64,000 nucleotides of DNA. Origin: Candidatus Ribeiella danica. GTDB taxonomy: Bacteria; Chloroflexota; Chloroflexia; Chloroflexales; Roseiflexaceae. Below the pieces are notes generated by a model. It was not told the origin of the DNA. It saw nothing but the letters and a program-made list of their open reading frames with translations, and did no database searches. The position numbers and the translations under genes are program-made. Shown here piece after piece: positions 1-9,418 of the stretch. The stretch is taken from contig JADKFS010000012.1 in the NCBI GenBank assembly GCA_016717335.1, positions 29,421 through 93,420 on the forward strand. Direction: 5' to 3'. The stretch's first letter is position 1. Each line of letters opens with the position of its first letter.

Positions 1-161
1 GCGCGGCCGGTCGCCGCGAGCTCGCCGCTGGCGTAGACGCTCGACTTGAGCGCCGAGGCGTGGCTCGGCCCGGCCAACCAGCGCCCCAGGCCGGCCAGGA
101 CGCTCACCAGCGCCACGTAGATCAGCAGCGCGACCGGCGGCGCAAGCAGCAGCTGAATCAT
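1..161 (-). CDS. nuoA: NADH-quinone oxidoreductase subunit A, 5' part only (gene runs off window start)
   Basis: Minus-strand ATG at 159-161 preceded by GAGGTGG Shine-Dalgarno; translation [47 protein letters not shown]... resembles NuoA N-terminus (TM helix then Y-x-SGE motif). Not present in supplied ORF track because truncated. Confidence 0.55.
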   Translation of the reverse strand, partial: MIQLLLAPPVALLIYVALVSVLAGLGRWLAGPSHASALKSSVYASGELAATGR

Positions 162-183
162 CACACCACCTCGTCTCCCGATT

Positions 184-352
184 GGGACTTGGGAGTTGGC
201 ACTTGGGACTTGGGACTTGGGGCTTGGGACTTGGGGCTTGGGAGTTGGGGCTTGGGGCTTGGGGCTTGGGTCACCTTGCCACCCGGTCACCCGGTCACCT
301 TGTCTCCTTGTCTCCTTGTCTCCTTGTCTCCTTGTCTCCTTGTCTCCTTGTC
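184..352. repeat. Tandem short repeats: ~12 copies of heptamer CTTGGGR (184-270) followed by ~7 copies of octamer CCTTGTCT (299-352)
   Basis: Direct reading: gggacttgggagttggcacttgggacttgggacttggggcttggg... then ccttgtctccttgtctccttgtct...; lies between nuoA start and stop of upstream NuoM/N-type gene. Confidence 0.9.
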
Positions 353-1901
353 ACCTGCCAAACGCCGCCATCACCGCCGCGCCGGCCGGGCCAGTCAGCC
401 AGGCGGCCAGCCCCGGCCACACGCCGAGCGCCAGCACCGCCAGCGCCAGCAGGCCCAGCGGGGCGCGCATCGCCGCCGGCAGCGCCTGGCCGCGCCGCAC
501 CGCCGCCGAGGGCTCCAGCCGGTAGACCGCGTTGACCAGCGGCGCGTAGTAGGCCAGCGACAGCACGCTGTTCAGCGCGGCGAACACGACCAGGGCCATG
601 ATCGCCGGGCTGCGGGTCGCGAAGCCGGCGACGAAGATCTGCCACTTCGACATGAAGCCGGCCAGCGGCGGCAGCCCCGCCAGGCCGAGCGCCGCCACGC
701 TGAGCGCGAGCGCCGCCAGCGGGTAGCGCCGCGCCGCCCCGGCCAGGTCGCCCACCACGAGCGATCCGCGCTCGCGCGCCGCGCCGCCCAGGCTGTAGAT
801 CAGCGCGCCGACCGCCAGGAACGCCAGCGCGCTCATCAGGGCGTGCGTGAGCAGGTGGAACAGCCCGCCCTGCGCCCCGGCGGCCTGCCCGGCGTAGACG
901 CCGATGCCCAATCCGAGAAAGATGTAGCCCAGCTGGCCCAGGCTCGAGTACGCCAGCAGGCGCTTGACCTGGGTCTGCCGCAGCGCCAGCAGGTTGCCGG
1001 CCAGGATGTTCAGCGCGCCGAAGCCGATCAGCAGCGCGCCCCACGAGAGCGTCACGCCCGCCAGCGCGCCGAGCGCGCGCAGCAGCGCCACCAGCCCGGC
1101 CTTGGCGACCACCGCCGACATGATCGCGCTGACGCCGCTGGGCGCCTGCTCGTACGCGTCGGGCAGCCAGGCGTGCAGCGGCACCAGCGCGGCCTTGACG
1201 CCGAAGCCGACCAGCAGCAGCGCGCCGGCCGCCAGCAGCGCCGGCGACCCGGCCGCGCGAGCGTGGATCTGCGCCAGGTCGAGCGTGCCGGCCTGCGCCA
1301 GCACCAGCGCGATGCCGAGCAGCGCCAGCACCGAGCCGGCCGTGCCCTGCAGCAGGTACTTCACGCCGGCCTCAAGCGCGGCGGGCTGCCGGTGGTAGAA
1401 GGCCACCAGCACGTACGACACGACCGCCGTCAGCTCGAACCAGACCCACAGGTTGAACAGGTCGCCGGCGCAGGCCAGGCCGATCAGCGCGCCGACCAGC
1501 ACGACCACCAGCGCGTAGTATTTCTCCTCGCCGACGCGGCCGGCCAGGTCGGGGCCCGAGAACAGCGCCACCAGGCCGCCCAGCGCCAGCGCCAGCGCGG
1601 CCACCAGCAGGCCCAGCCCGTCCAGCCGCAGCGCGACCGCGCCGACGGCGAGCGCGACCGCGCCGCCCGACGCCAGCTCGCGCGCGGCCAGGGCGAGCGG
1701 CAGCCACGCGCCGGCCAGTGCCGCCAGCGCGAGCCAGCGCGCAACCCCACCTTGGATCGCCGGTGTTGGATGTTGGATTGACCGAGAAGGCATCCAAAAG
1801 CCAAAATCCAGCATCCAACATTGCAGACGCCCGACCAGATACACGGCCGGCCCGGCGACCAGCGGCAGCGCGACCAGCCAGATCAGCGCGGTGCTGTTCA
1901 T
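351..1901 (-). CDS. nuoN: NADH-quinone oxidoreductase antiporter-like subunit, NuoN/NuoM family (likely NuoN)
   Basis: 516 aa, ~14 predicted TM helices; [27 protein letters not shown] motif typical of Nuo L/M/N antiporter-like subunits; [15 protein letters not shown] resembles NuoN GF-x-K motif. Confidence 0.8.
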   Translation of the reverse strand: MNSTALIWLVALPLVAGPAVYLVGRLQCWMLDFGFWMPSRSIQHPTPAIQGGVARWLALAALAGAWLPLALAARELASGGAVALAVGAVALRLDGLGLLVAALALALGGLVALFSGPDLAGRVGEEKYYALVVVLVGALIGLACAGDLFNLWVWFELTAVVSYVLVAFYHRQPAALEAGVKYLLQGTAGSVLALLGIALVLAQAGTLDLAQIHARAAGSPALLAAGALLLVGFGVKAALVPLHAWLPDAYEQAPSGVSAIMSAVVAKAGLVALLRALGALAGVTLSWGALLIGFGALNILAGNLLALRQTQVKRLLAYSSLGQLGYIFLGLGIGVYAGQAAGAQGGLFHLLTHALMSALAFLAVGALIYSLGGAARERGSLVVGDLAGAARRYPLAALALSVAALGLAGLPPLAGFMSKWQIFVAGFATRSPAIMALVVFAALNSVLSLAYYAPLVNAVYRLEPSAAVRRGQALPAAMRAPLGLLALAVLALGVWPGLAAWLTGPAGAAVMAAFGR

Positions 1902-1903
1902 GC

Positions 1904-3682
1904 TCAGGCCCCCCAGGCCAGGATGGCGAGCACGATCGCGAGCGTGCCGACCACCCCGACCATGTTCCAGCCGAGCAGGCCGGTCTGGGTCGCGCCCAGC
2001 GCCTGCGCGCCGCCGCGCGCCGCGCGTGCGACGCCGCGGTTCAGCCGCTCGAGACCGAACTCATCGGCGGCCCAGCCCGCCAGCCAGCCCAGACGGCCGG
2101 CCGGCCAGCCCAGACGGTCGCGCCACCACCAGGCCGCCAGCCCCAGCGCGGTCGCCCCCAGGCCCAGCAGCGTCGCCGGGGCCGCGAGCACCTGCCAGCA
2201 GATCTGCGCGGTGGTCTCGTAGCGCAGGTTGTGGTATGGCAGGCTGTCGCTCAGCAGCCGGCTGAGCGGCCCGGCCAGCAGCCATGTCGTCAGGCTGCCC
2301 AGCGCCAGCAGCACGAGCGCGACACCCGCGAGCGATGAGCGATGAACGATGAACGATGAACCGGGCTGAGCGCTCTGCGTTCCCTGCTCAGCGTTCGGCG
2401 TTCCGTAGAAGACCATCCAGACCATCCGAAAGGCGTACAGCGCGGTCAGGCCGGCGCCGAGCAGCAGCCCGCCTGTAGCCCACCACGGCGCGGCGGAGAG
2501 GCCGGCCTCGATCAGCAGCTCCTTGCTCCAGAAGCCGTTGAGGAACGGCAGCCCGGCCAGCGCCAGCGCGCCGATCACGAACACATTGCGCGCGAACGGC
2601 AGCCGCCGGCCCAGCCCGCCCATCAGGCGCATGTCGCGCGTGCCGGCCGCCCCGATCGCCGCGCCGGCCGCCAGGAACAGCAGCGCCTTGAACACGGCGT
2701 GGCTGAGCAGGTGCAGCTGGCTCGCGAACAGCGCGCCCGCGCCGACCGCGCAGACCATCGTGCCGAGCTGGCTGATCGTCGAGTAGGCCAGCGCGCGCTT
2801 GAGGTCGGTCGCGACCAGCGCCATCAGCGCCGCCATGACCGCCGACAGCACGCCCACCGCCATCACGGCGGTCGTCCAGCCGGGCACCAACGCGAAGGCC
2901 GGGTAGAAGCGCGCCAGCAGGTAGACCCCCGCGTTGACCATCGTGGCTGCGTGGATCAGCGCGCTGACCGGCGTGGGCGCCTCCATCGCGTCGGGCAGCC
3001 AGGTGTGAAACGGCGCCTGGGCCGACTTTGCCGCGGCCGCGACCAGGAAGCCGAACGCGACCAGCGCCAGCACAGCCGGCGGCAGGCTGGCCGCCTGCGC
3101 CAGCAGCGCGCCGATCTGGTCGGTGCCCAGGGACGCGCGGGCCGCCAGCGAGCCGGCCAGCAGGCCCACGCCGCCGACCTGGGTGATCACTAGCGCCTTG
3201 ACACCGCCGGCCACCGCCTTCGGGTCGTCGTTGTGGAACGAGATCAGCGCGTACGAGCAGAACGCGACCAGCTCCCAGAACAGGAACAGCAGCAGCAGCG
3301 TGCCGGCCAGCGCCAGCCCGGCCATCGCGCCGATGAACAGCAGCACCAGCGCGTAGTAGCGGCCGAGCTGGGCCTTGCCGCGCATGTAGTCGATCGAGAA
3401 CAGCAGCGTCAGGCTGCCGACGACCGTGGCGATCGCGGCCAGGAACAGCCCCAGCCCGTCGGGCACCAGCGTCCACTCGCCGAACACGCCGCCGGCGGGC
3501 AGCCGGATCGCGGCGGCGCTGCCGCCGTAGCCGAGCAGGGCTAGCGATGCCAGGCCCGCGGCAGCGGCGCTGCCGGCCGCCAGGGCGCCCTGCGCGCGCG
3601 GTCGGCGGTCGCCGACGGCCCAGACGGCCAGCGCGCCCAGCCAGGGCAGCCCGATCGTGAGCAACATCAGCCACGCGGCCAT
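1904..3682 (-). CDS. nuoL: NADH-quinone oxidoreductase subunit L
   Basis: 592 aa; FSIDYMRGKAQLGRYYALVLLFIG and TWLPDAMEAPTPVSALIHAATMVNAGVYL are classic NuoL/ND5 motifs; 3-bp gap to downstream antiporter subunit. Confidence 0.85.
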   Translation of the reverse strand: MAAWLMLLTIGLPWLGALAVWAVGDRRPRAQGALAAGSAAAAGLASLALLGYGGSAAAIRLPAGGVFGEWTLVPDGLGLFLAAIATVVGSLTLLFSIDYMRGKAQLGRYYALVLLFIGAMAGLALAGTLLLLFLFWELVAFCSYALISFHNDDPKAVAGGVKALVITQVGGVGLLAGSLAARASLGTDQIGALLAQAASLPPAVLALVAFGFLVAAAAKSAQAPFHTWLPDAMEAPTPVSALIHAATMVNAGVYLLARFYPAFALVPGWTTAVMAVGVLSAVMAALMALVATDLKRALAYSTISQLGTMVCAVGAGALFASQLHLLSHAVFKALLFLAAGAAIGAAGTRDMRLMGGLGRRLPFARNVFVIGALALAGLPFLNGFWSKELLIEAGLSAAPWWATGGLLLGAGLTALYAFRMVWMVFYGTPNAEQGTQSAQPGSSFIVHRSSLAGVALVLLALGSLTTWLLAGPLSRLLSDSLPYHNLRYETTAQICWQVLAAPATLLGLGATALGLAAWWWRDRLGWPAGRLGWLAGWAADEFGLERLNRGVARAARGGAQALGATQTGLLGWNMVGVVGTLAIVLAILAWGA

Positions 3683-3685
3683 GAC

Positions 3686-3997
3686 TCACCCCCTGAGCCT
3701 GGAAAGCTCGCGCACGTCGAGCGTGCCGATCCGCCGCCGCACCTGCACCGCCAGCGCCAGGCCGAGCACCGCCACGATCGTGTCGGCGACCAGCGCCGTC
3801 GCCGCCAGACTCTGGCCGAGGTTGACCTGGCCTGAAAGGCGGCCGCTCAGCACCAGCGCGAGCAGCGCGGCCTTGCCCAGCAGCTGCAGCGCGATCACCA
3901 GCTTGATCAGGTTGCGCGCGGCCAGCAGGGCATACAGGCCGACGCCGAGCAGGCCCAGCACGCCGACCAGCGCGACTTCGAGCGGCGAGAGCGTCAT
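3686..3997 (-). CDS. nuoK: NADH-quinone oxidoreductase subunit K
   Basis: Start MTLSPLEVALVG... at 3997 with GAGGAGG SD; ATGA overlap with nuoJ stop; ~103 aa, 3 TM helices; LALQLLGKAALLALV typical NuoK. ORF-track upstream extension (to 4057) rejected. Confidence 0.85.
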   Translation of the reverse strand: MTLSPLEVALVGVLGLLGVGLYALLAARNLIKLVIALQLLGKAALLALVLSGRLSGQVNLGQSLAATALVADTIVAVLGLALAVQVRRRIGTLDVRELSRLRG

Positions 3998-4593
3998 ACG
4001 GCGACCTCCTCGGGCACGTCTTCCGGCTCGGGCAGCTGCTCCGGCTCGGGCAGCCATGGCTCTCCGGCGCCGGGAGCCGCCGACAGAGCGCCGTCGGCAT
4101 GCCGATCGTGCGCGCCGTGTAGGTCGGGCGCAGGCGACCGACGGTCGTCCAGCAGGCCCAGCACGCCCAGCGCGCCGGTGAAGAGCAGCCCGATCTGCAG
4201 CAGCGTATCCAGGCCGCGGTCCTGCCAGAGCGCGCCGGCGAACGAGGGCCCGGCCGCGGCGGTAGGCGTGCCGGGCCAGGGCAGCGTCATCCAGCCCAGA
4301 GCGAGGACGGCCAGCGCGGCGAGGCCGGCGGCCAGCGGGCGCGGGATCTGGGGCGAGCGCTCAGGCGCGCCCTCGCCGGCGATGCCGATCGCGAAGACGA
4401 ACAGCACCGTCACCAGGCCGCCGCCGACGCTCAGCTCGATCACCGCGATCTCGTGGGCATCGATAGCATAGAGGAGAATGGACAGCAGCGCGCTGACACC
4501 GGCCAGCCAGAGGGCGGCGGACAGGAGGCGTGTCGCGCGGATCGCCTGGGCCGCGCAGAAGAGCAGCCCGACAACCAGGAGCACGTACAGCAT
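3994..4593 (-). CDS. nuoJ: NADH-quinone oxidoreductase subunit J-like membrane protein
   Basis: 199 aa, 5 TM helices, acidic Pro/Glu-rich C-terminal tail; position immediately upstream of nuoK; GAGGAGG SD before ATG at 4593. Confidence 0.7.
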   Translation of the reverse strand: MLYVLLVVGLLFCAAQAIRATRLLSAALWLAGVSALLSILLYAIDAHEIAVIELSVGGGLVTVLFVFAIGIAGEGAPERSPQIPRPLAAGLAALAVLALGWMTLPWPGTPTAAAGPSFAGALWQDRGLDTLLQIGLLFTGALGVLGLLDDRRSPAPDLHGAHDRHADGALSAAPGAGEPWLPEPEQLPEPEDVPEEVAV

Positions 4594-4754
4594 ACACTAC
4601 CTCCTCGTAGGATGCTGCGGGCGCGGGCCGGGGGCGCGGGAGCGCGCCCAGATAGCCTGGAGCCTCACTGCTGAGTATACAGCCTCCGGGCCGCCGCGCG
4701 AGTAACAGATTCTCACCCTGGGGTGGAGAAAGGCTGACTAATGCTGTTTCTCTG

Positions 4755-4860
4755 ACCCCACCCCCTGCCCCCTCCCCGCGCCGCGGGGAGGGGGTGAAAT
4801 CTGGCACCTGCCAAGAATCCCCCCTCTCCCGGTGGGAGAGGGGGGCAGGGGGGTAAGGGA
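4755..4860. repeat. MITE/REP-like element, family A (CCCCTGCCCC terminal inverted repeats plus internal CTCTCCCGGTGGGAGAG hairpin)
   Basis: ccccaccccctgccccctccccgcgccgcggggagggggtg...aatcccccctctcccggtgggagaggggggcaggggggtaaggg; same architecture recurs at 10 or more sites in window. Confidence 0.8.
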
Positions 4861-4882
4861 ATAGAGTAATACCGCCGGAGGC

Positions 4883-5584
4883 CTACCAGTGGCGGCTGAG
4901 CCCGCCCTGCAGCCGCAGGGCAAACGCGTTCAGCAAGAAGGTGATCGTCAGCAGCACGAACGAGAGCGCCAGCGCCACGTCGAAGCTGCCCTTGCGCGTC
5001 TCCAGCACGATCGCGGTGGTCAGCACGCGGGTCGAACCCTCGATGTTCCCGCCGACCAGCATCACCGCGCCGACCTCGGAGATAATGCTGCCGAAGCCGG
5101 CGATCACCGAGACGATCACGCCGCCGCGCGCCTCCCACAGGATCGCGCGCGTGGCCTGCGCGGCGGTCGCGCCGAGCGAGAGCACCTGGGTGCGCAGCGC
5201 CGGGTCGACCCCCAGCACCGCCGCCATGGTGAAGCCGGTCACCAGCGGCAGGCTGATCACCGTCTGCGCCAGGACCATCGCGCTGGGCGTAAACAGCCAG
5301 CTCATGAAGCCCAGCGGGCCGGAGCGCGAGAGCAGCAGGTACACCAGCAGGCCGACCACCACCGGCGGCAGGCCCATGCCGGTGTATAGCAGCGTGATCA
5401 CCAGCCGGCGCCCGTAGAAGCGGTTCAGCGCCAGGAACGCGCCCAGCGGGATGCCCGGCAGCGCGCTAAACAGCAGCGCCAGCCCCGACACTCGCAGCGA
5501 GAGCATGACCACGCGCGCGGTCTCGCCGTCGCCGCTCCAGAGCAGCCGCAGCGCCTGGAGGATTCCGTTGTTGAAGTCGTCCAT
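4883..5584 (-). CDS. ABC transporter permease (tungstate/molybdate/sulfate-type, TupB/ModB-like)
   Basis: Start MDDFNNGILQALRLL at 5584 (ORF-track N-terminal extension runs into repeat array and is rejected); 233 aa, 5-6 TM, EAA-like loop; adjacent to substrate-binding protein gene. Confidence 0.75.
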   Translation of the reverse strand: MDDFNNGILQALRLLWSGDGETARVVMLSLRVSGLALLFSALPGIPLGAFLALNRFYGRRLVITLLYTGMGLPPVVVGLLVYLLLSRSGPLGFMSWLFTPSAMVLAQTVISLPLVTGFTMAAVLGVDPALRTQVLSLGATAAQATRAILWEARGGVIVSVIAGFGSIISEVGAVMLVGGNIEGSTRVLTTAIVLETRKGSFDVALALSFVLLTITFLLNAFALRLQGGLSRHW

Positions 5585-5590
5585 ACGTGT

Positions 5591-5670
5591 GAGACAAGGA
5601 GACCGGGAGACAAGGAGAACAAGGCTGACAGCATGCCGCCCCTTCTCCTTGTCCCCTTGCCTCCCGGTCA
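5591..5670. repeat. Inverted pair of GAGACAAG-type octamer arrays forming long imperfect hairpin
   Basis: gagacaaggagaccgggagacaaggagaacaagg ... ccttctccttgtccccttgcctcccggtc between permease start and binding-protein stop. Confidence 0.8.
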
Positions 5671-5672
5671 GG

Positions 5673-6659
5673 TCATGGCGCCTTGCCGGGGTAGAACAGC
5701 GGCTGGCCGAACTTGTCCTTGCCGTACGCGGCAATCTTCGCCAGGGTCTCCGGGCTGGTGATCCAGGCCGCGAACTGCTCGGCCAGCTGCGCGTTGATGC
5801 CAGGATGTTTGGCGGGGTTCACCGGGATGACGCCGTAGGGGTTGAGCAGCGCCTTGTCCTTATTCTCATCGATCGTCGCCCCGCCGACGAGCACCGTCAG
5901 GTCGGGAAGCTTGTCGAGCATCGACAGGTAGGTGCCGCGGTCGGTCAGCGTGTATGCCTGCTGCTCGTTGGCGGTGGTCAGCGTCTCGCCCATGCCCTGG
6001 CCGAGCGACTTGTACCAGCCGAGATCGGCGGTGGGCGTGATGCCGGTGCTGCTCCAGATCCCCAGCTCCTTGGTCGAGGTGCCGCTGTTGTCGCCGCGCG
6101 CGTCGAAGGTCGCCTTCTTCTCGGCGATCGCCTTGAACGCGTCGGCGGCCTTCGCGACGCCCTTGATCCCAGCCGGGTCATCCTTCGGCCCGACGATAAT
6201 GAAGTCGTTGTACATCACGTCGCGCCGGTCGATGCCGAAGCCGTTCTTGACGAAGGCATCCTCCTGCTTGCGCGCGTGCACCAGCACGACGTCGGCGTCG
6301 CCGTTCTCGCCGAGCTTGAGCGCCTGGCCGGTGCCGACAGCCACGACCTCGACCTTCGCGCCGTACTGCTTCTCGAAGTCGGGCAGGATCGCGTCGAGCA
6401 GGCCCGAGTCGGCCGTGCTGGTGGTGGTGGCCAGCCGCAGCACCTGGCCCGCGGCGGCGGTCGGCGCGGGAGCTTCTGTCGGGACCGCGGTCGGCGCGGG
6501 CGCCTGAGTGGGGGCGGCGGGCGCAGCCTGGGCGGCGGTTGCGGCCGGCGCGGGCGCCTGGGTCGGGCCGCTGGCGGCTGGGGCGGTTTGGGTCCCGCAG
6601 CCGGCCAGCGCGACCAGCGCGGCCAGCGCGATCAGCCAGCGGGCGATCGACGTCTTCAT
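5673..6659 (-). CDS. ABC transporter substrate-binding lipoprotein (tungstate/molybdate-binding PBP-like, TupA/WtpA-like)
   Basis: 328 aa; signal peptide plus lipobox LAGCG; long Ala/Pro/Thr/Gln linker; PBP-like body (LRLATTTSTADSGLLDAILPDFEKQYG...); operon with permease. Confidence 0.8.
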   Translation of the reverse strand: MKTSIARWLIALAALVALAGCGTQTAPAASGPTQAPAPAATAAQAAPAAPTQAPAPTAVPTEAPAPTAAAGQVLRLATTTSTADSGLLDAILPDFEKQYGAKVEVVAVGTGQALKLGENGDADVVLVHARKQEDAFVKNGFGIDRRDVMYNDFIIVGPKDDPAGIKGVAKAADAFKAIAEKKATFDARGDNSGTSTKELGIWSSTGITPTADLGWYKSLGQGMGETLTTANEQQAYTLTDRGTYLSMLDKLPDLTVLVGGATIDENKDKALLNPYGVIPVNPAKHPGINAQLAEQFAAWITSPETLAKIAAYGKDKFGQPLFYPGKAP

Positions 6660-6754
6660 GGACTGCTTACTCCTATGCTCGTGCCGGCGCTTATACGATG
6701 GCCTCGCCGGCTATCACGACAAGCTCGATCTCTTCCTTTCCAGCACGCTTGAAC

Positions 6755-6880
6755 ACCCCTCGCCCTACCCCCGGAAGGGGTAAATTCTTGGCAGCAGGGT
6801 GCGGCTGCAAAGCAGCCGCACCCTGCTGCCAGAAGGATTCCCGCTCTCCCCGCTGGGAGAGCGGGGCAGGGGGTGAGGGC
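6755..6880. repeat. MITE/REP-like element, family A
   Basis: cacccctcgccctacccccggaaggggtaaattcttggcagcagggtgcggctgcaaagcagccgcaccctgctgccagaaggattcccgctctccccgctgggagagcggggcagggggtgagggc. Confidence 0.8.
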
Positions 6881-6885
6881 CTCCA

Positions 6886-8034
6886 TTACTGGAACCACGC
6901 GGTGCGCGACGCATCGTAGCCCTCCAGGGCCTCGATGTCGAAGCGAAGCGCCGGGGAGGCCAGCGCTTCCAGCAGCGCCGCCAGCCAGGGCGCGCCCTGG
7001 TCGGCGCACCGGAAGGCCAGGTCGTAGCGCTCGACCGCCAGCGGCACGAACTCGAGGTCGAGCGCCCGCGCCGCGGCACGCACCCCCAGCCCTACATCTG
7101 CGGCGCCCGACGCGACCGCCGCGGCGACCGCAAGATGGGTCGCCAGCTCGCGGTCCAGGCGGCGCACCTGCGCCAGCGTCAGGCCGTAGCGCGCGAGCAG
7201 GTGCTCGAGCAGCACGGAGGTGCCCGAGCCGGCCTGTCGCATCGCGACGCGCACGTCGGGCCGCGCCAGGTCGGCGGCCTCGCGCAGCCCCAGCGGGTTG
7301 CCGCGCCGCACGATCAGCCCCTGCTCGCGGTGGACCAGCGTGACGAGCTGGACCTCGACCGCGGGCAGCAGCCGGCTCACGGCCGGGCGGTTGTAGTCGC
7401 CGGTCGCCGGGTCGAGCAGGTGCACGCCGGCCAGGTCGGCGGTGCCGCGGCCAAGCGCCAGCAGCCCGGCGGTGCTGCCGACCGGCGCCCAGCTCAGGCG
7501 CGTGTGCGGATCGACCTCGCGCATGCGGCGCGCCAGCACGTCCAGGCAGAAGTCGTGGCTGCCCAGGAAGCGCACCAGCGACTCGCCACGGCCTGCCCGG
7601 CCGCTGTCCGGCGCGGGCGGCTGCCAGCGCTGGACGGCCTGCCGGACCAGCGCGTCGATCTCGGGCGGTGCCATCCCGATCGCCAGCGCGTCCCGCACGG
7701 CCGGCTCCAGCAGCCCGCGCAGGCGCTCCGCTGCGGCCAGGCCGGCGCCACCCTCTTCGGCGACACAGGTGCCGCCACCGGCCTGCCCGACCGCCAGTCC
7801 CTGCTCGCGCAGCAGCTGGTAGGCGTGCGCGACCGTGTTGCGGTTCAGGCCAAGCTGCGCCGCCAGCGCGCGCACGGTGGGCAGCCGCTCGCCGGGGCGC
7901 AGCTCGCCGTGGGCGCGCGCCGCCTTGACTTGGTCGACGATCTGCTGGTAGGCCGGGCCGGCCGCCTGGTCCAGTTCGATACGTAACACGCTTCGCTCCG
8001 TGGTTGGGACTTGTCCTATTATAGCATAGGACAA
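6886..8034 (-). CDS. Transcriptional regulator, GntR-type N-terminal HTH fused to periplasmic-binding-protein-like (molybdate/tungstate-binding-type) domain
   Basis: N-terminal LRIELDQAAGPAYQQIVDQVKAARAHGELRPGERLPTVRALAAQLGLNRNTVAHAYQLL is GntR HTH; C-terminal ~250 aa PBP-like. Track start at 8034 is TTG; a GTG a few codons downstream is alternative. Sits next to the ABC importer genes, so likely their regulator (inference). Confidence 0.7.
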   Translation of the reverse strand: MSYAIIGQVPTTERSVLRIELDQAAGPAYQQIVDQVKAARAHGELRPGERLPTVRALAAQLGLNRNTVAHAYQLLREQGLAVGQAGGGTCVAEEGGAGLAAAERLRGLLEPAVRDALAIGMAPPEIDALVRQAVQRWQPPAPDSGRAGRGESLVRFLGSHDFCLDVLARRMREVDPHTRLSWAPVGSTAGLLALGRGTADLAGVHLLDPATGDYNRPAVSRLLPAVEVQLVTLVHREQGLIVRRGNPLGLREAADLARPDVRVAMRQAGSGTSVLLEHLLARYGLTLAQVRRLDRELATHLAVAAAVASGAADVGLGVRAAARALDLEFVPLAVERYDLAFRCADQGAPWLAALLEALASPALRFDIEALEGYDASRTAWFQ

Positions 8035-8037
8035 GTT
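8012..8037. promoter_or_regulatory. Perfect 10-bp inverted repeat with 6-bp spacer (CTTGTCCTAT-tatagc-ATAGGACAAG), candidate operator overlapping regulator start
   Basis: Read directly; overlaps first codons/5' end of the GntR-PBP regulator gene, typical autoregulatory operator placement. Confidence 0.5.
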
Positions 8038-8087
8038 CGCTGTTGCGGCTGCGCCGCTTCGTCAGGGCGCAGTGGGGCGCCGGATCG

Positions 8088-8226
8088 CCCCACCCCCGAT
8101 CCCCTGCCAGGGGAGGGGGACAGATTCTCGGCATCAGGGTGCGGGCGCACAGCGCCCGCACCCTGATGCCAAAAGAACACCCCCTTTCCCGTCGCCACGG
8201 GAGAGGGGGGCAGGGGGGTGAGGGCA
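8088..8226. repeat. MITE/REP-like element, family A (full-length copy with terminal inverted repeats CCCACCCCC..CCCCTGCC / GGCAGGGGGGTGAGGG)
   Basis: cccacccccgatcccctgccaggggaggggga...atcagggtgcgggcgcacagcgcccgcaccctgat...gggagaggggggcaggggggtgagggc. Confidence 0.8.
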
Positions 8227-8248
8227 AACAGCGCCAGCGCGCCGCAAC

Positions 8249-9220
8249 CTATAGCCAGCCCGAGCGCTTGAAGCGCCAGTACAGGACGCCGCACAGCGTC
8301 AGCGTGACCGCCGCCATCATCGGGTAGCCAAACTGCCAGCCCAGCTCGGGCATGTACTGGAAGTTCATGCCATACACGCCGGCGATCATCGTCGGCAGCG
8401 CGAGAATGGCGCCCCAGCCGGCGAAGCGCTTCATCACGTCGTTCTGCGCGATCGAGATCAGCGAGAAGGCCGCCTCCAGCGCGGTGGTCAGCAGCTCGCG
8501 CAGCGTGTCGACCATCTCGTTGATCCGCACGACGTGGTCGTAGATGTCGCGGAAGTACAGCTGGGTGCCCTCGGGGATGATCGCGTAGTCGAAGCGCGTC
8601 AGCCGGTTGCAGATGTCGATCAGCGGCGACACGACCCGCTTGACCTCGAGCAGCTGGCTCTGCAGGTGGTAGATCTGCGTGGTGGTCTCGCGGTTGAATG
8701 ACTCGCCGAAGATCTTGTCCTCAAGCTGCTGCAGCTCCTGCTCGAGCACGTCGACGATCGGGAAGTACTGGTCGACGATGAAGTCCATCAGCGCGTACAG
8801 CACGAACGCCGGGCCCTTGCGCAGCAGCTGCGGCGTGGTCTCGACGCGCGCGCGCACGTCGACATACGGCAGCGAGACGCCGTGGCGCACCGAGACGATG
8901 TAGCGCTCGCCGATGAAGATATGGGTCTCGCCGAAGGTGATCTCGCCCCGGTCGACGTGGGCGGTGCGCAGCACCACGAACAGCGAGTCGCCGTACTGCT
9001 CGAGCTTTGGCCGCTGGTGGGCGCAGTGGGCGTCCTCGATCGCCAGGTCGTGCAGGTTGAACTGGCGCTGCACCTGCCGCAGCAGCTCCTCGCCCGGCTC
9101 GTGCAGGCCGATCCAGACGAACTGGCCGGGCAGTTCGAGCGCCTCGCCGACCTGGTCGATCTCGACGTTGCGGGCGCGCCGGCCCTCGGCGTAGGCCGCG
9201 CAGTTGACAATCTCGCTCAT
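8249..9220 (-). CDS. corA: Magnesium/cobalt transport protein CorA
   Basis: Start MSEIVNCAAYA at 9220 with GGAGG SD; C-terminal YGMNFQYMPEL (GMN motif) plus two TM helices; 323 aa. Confidence 0.85.
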   Translation of the reverse strand: MSEIVNCAAYAEGRRARNVEIDQVGEALELPGQFVWIGLHEPGEELLRQVQRQFNLHDLAIEDAHCAHQRPKLEQYGDSLFVVLRTAHVDRGEITFGETHIFIGERYIVSVRHGVSLPYVDVRARVETTPQLLRKGPAFVLYALMDFIVDQYFPIVDVLEQELQQLEDKIFGESFNRETTTQIYHLQSQLLEVKRVVSPLIDICNRLTRFDYAIIPEGTQLYFRDIYDHVVRINEMVDTLRELLTTALEAAFSLISIAQNDVMKRFAGWGAILALPTMIAGVYGMNFQYMPELGWQFGYPMMAAVTLTLCGVLYWRFKRSGWL

Positions 9221-9282
9221 GGCCTGGCCTCCAGTTCCTATAGTAGCTTGCAGCATGCATATTGTGTCCCGCTGCGCCGCAG

Positions 9283-9418
9283 GCCCTCACTCCCTGCCCC
9301 CGCTCCCGTCGCGACGGGAGCGGGGGATTCTTGGCGGGTGCCGGGGTTTCGGCTTCGCCGAAACCCCGGCACCCGCCGATATTCACCCCCGCCCCTGGCA
9401 GGGGCAGGGGGTGGGGTG
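9283..9418. repeat. MITE/REP-like element, family A
   Basis: ccctcactccctgcccccgctcccgtcgcgacgggagcggggg attcttggc gggtgccggggtttcggcttcgccgaaaccccggcacccgcc ... cccctggcaggggcagggggtggggtg. Confidence 0.8.

Noticed and set aside
60-1781. 573-aa plus-strand ORF
   Set aside because: Antisense to the NuoM/N-type gene; Arg/Gln/Ala low-complexity typical of high-GC antisense frames; N-terminus made of heptamer repeats.
2388-4100. 570-aa minus-strand ORF
   Set aside because: Out-of-frame overlap of nuoL/nuoK/nuoJ; Arg/Pro/Gly-rich, no TM helices unlike the real frames.
6656-8227. 523-aa minus-strand ORF
   Set aside because: Alternative frame over the GntR-PBP regulator and repeat elements; Arg/Pro/Gly composition.
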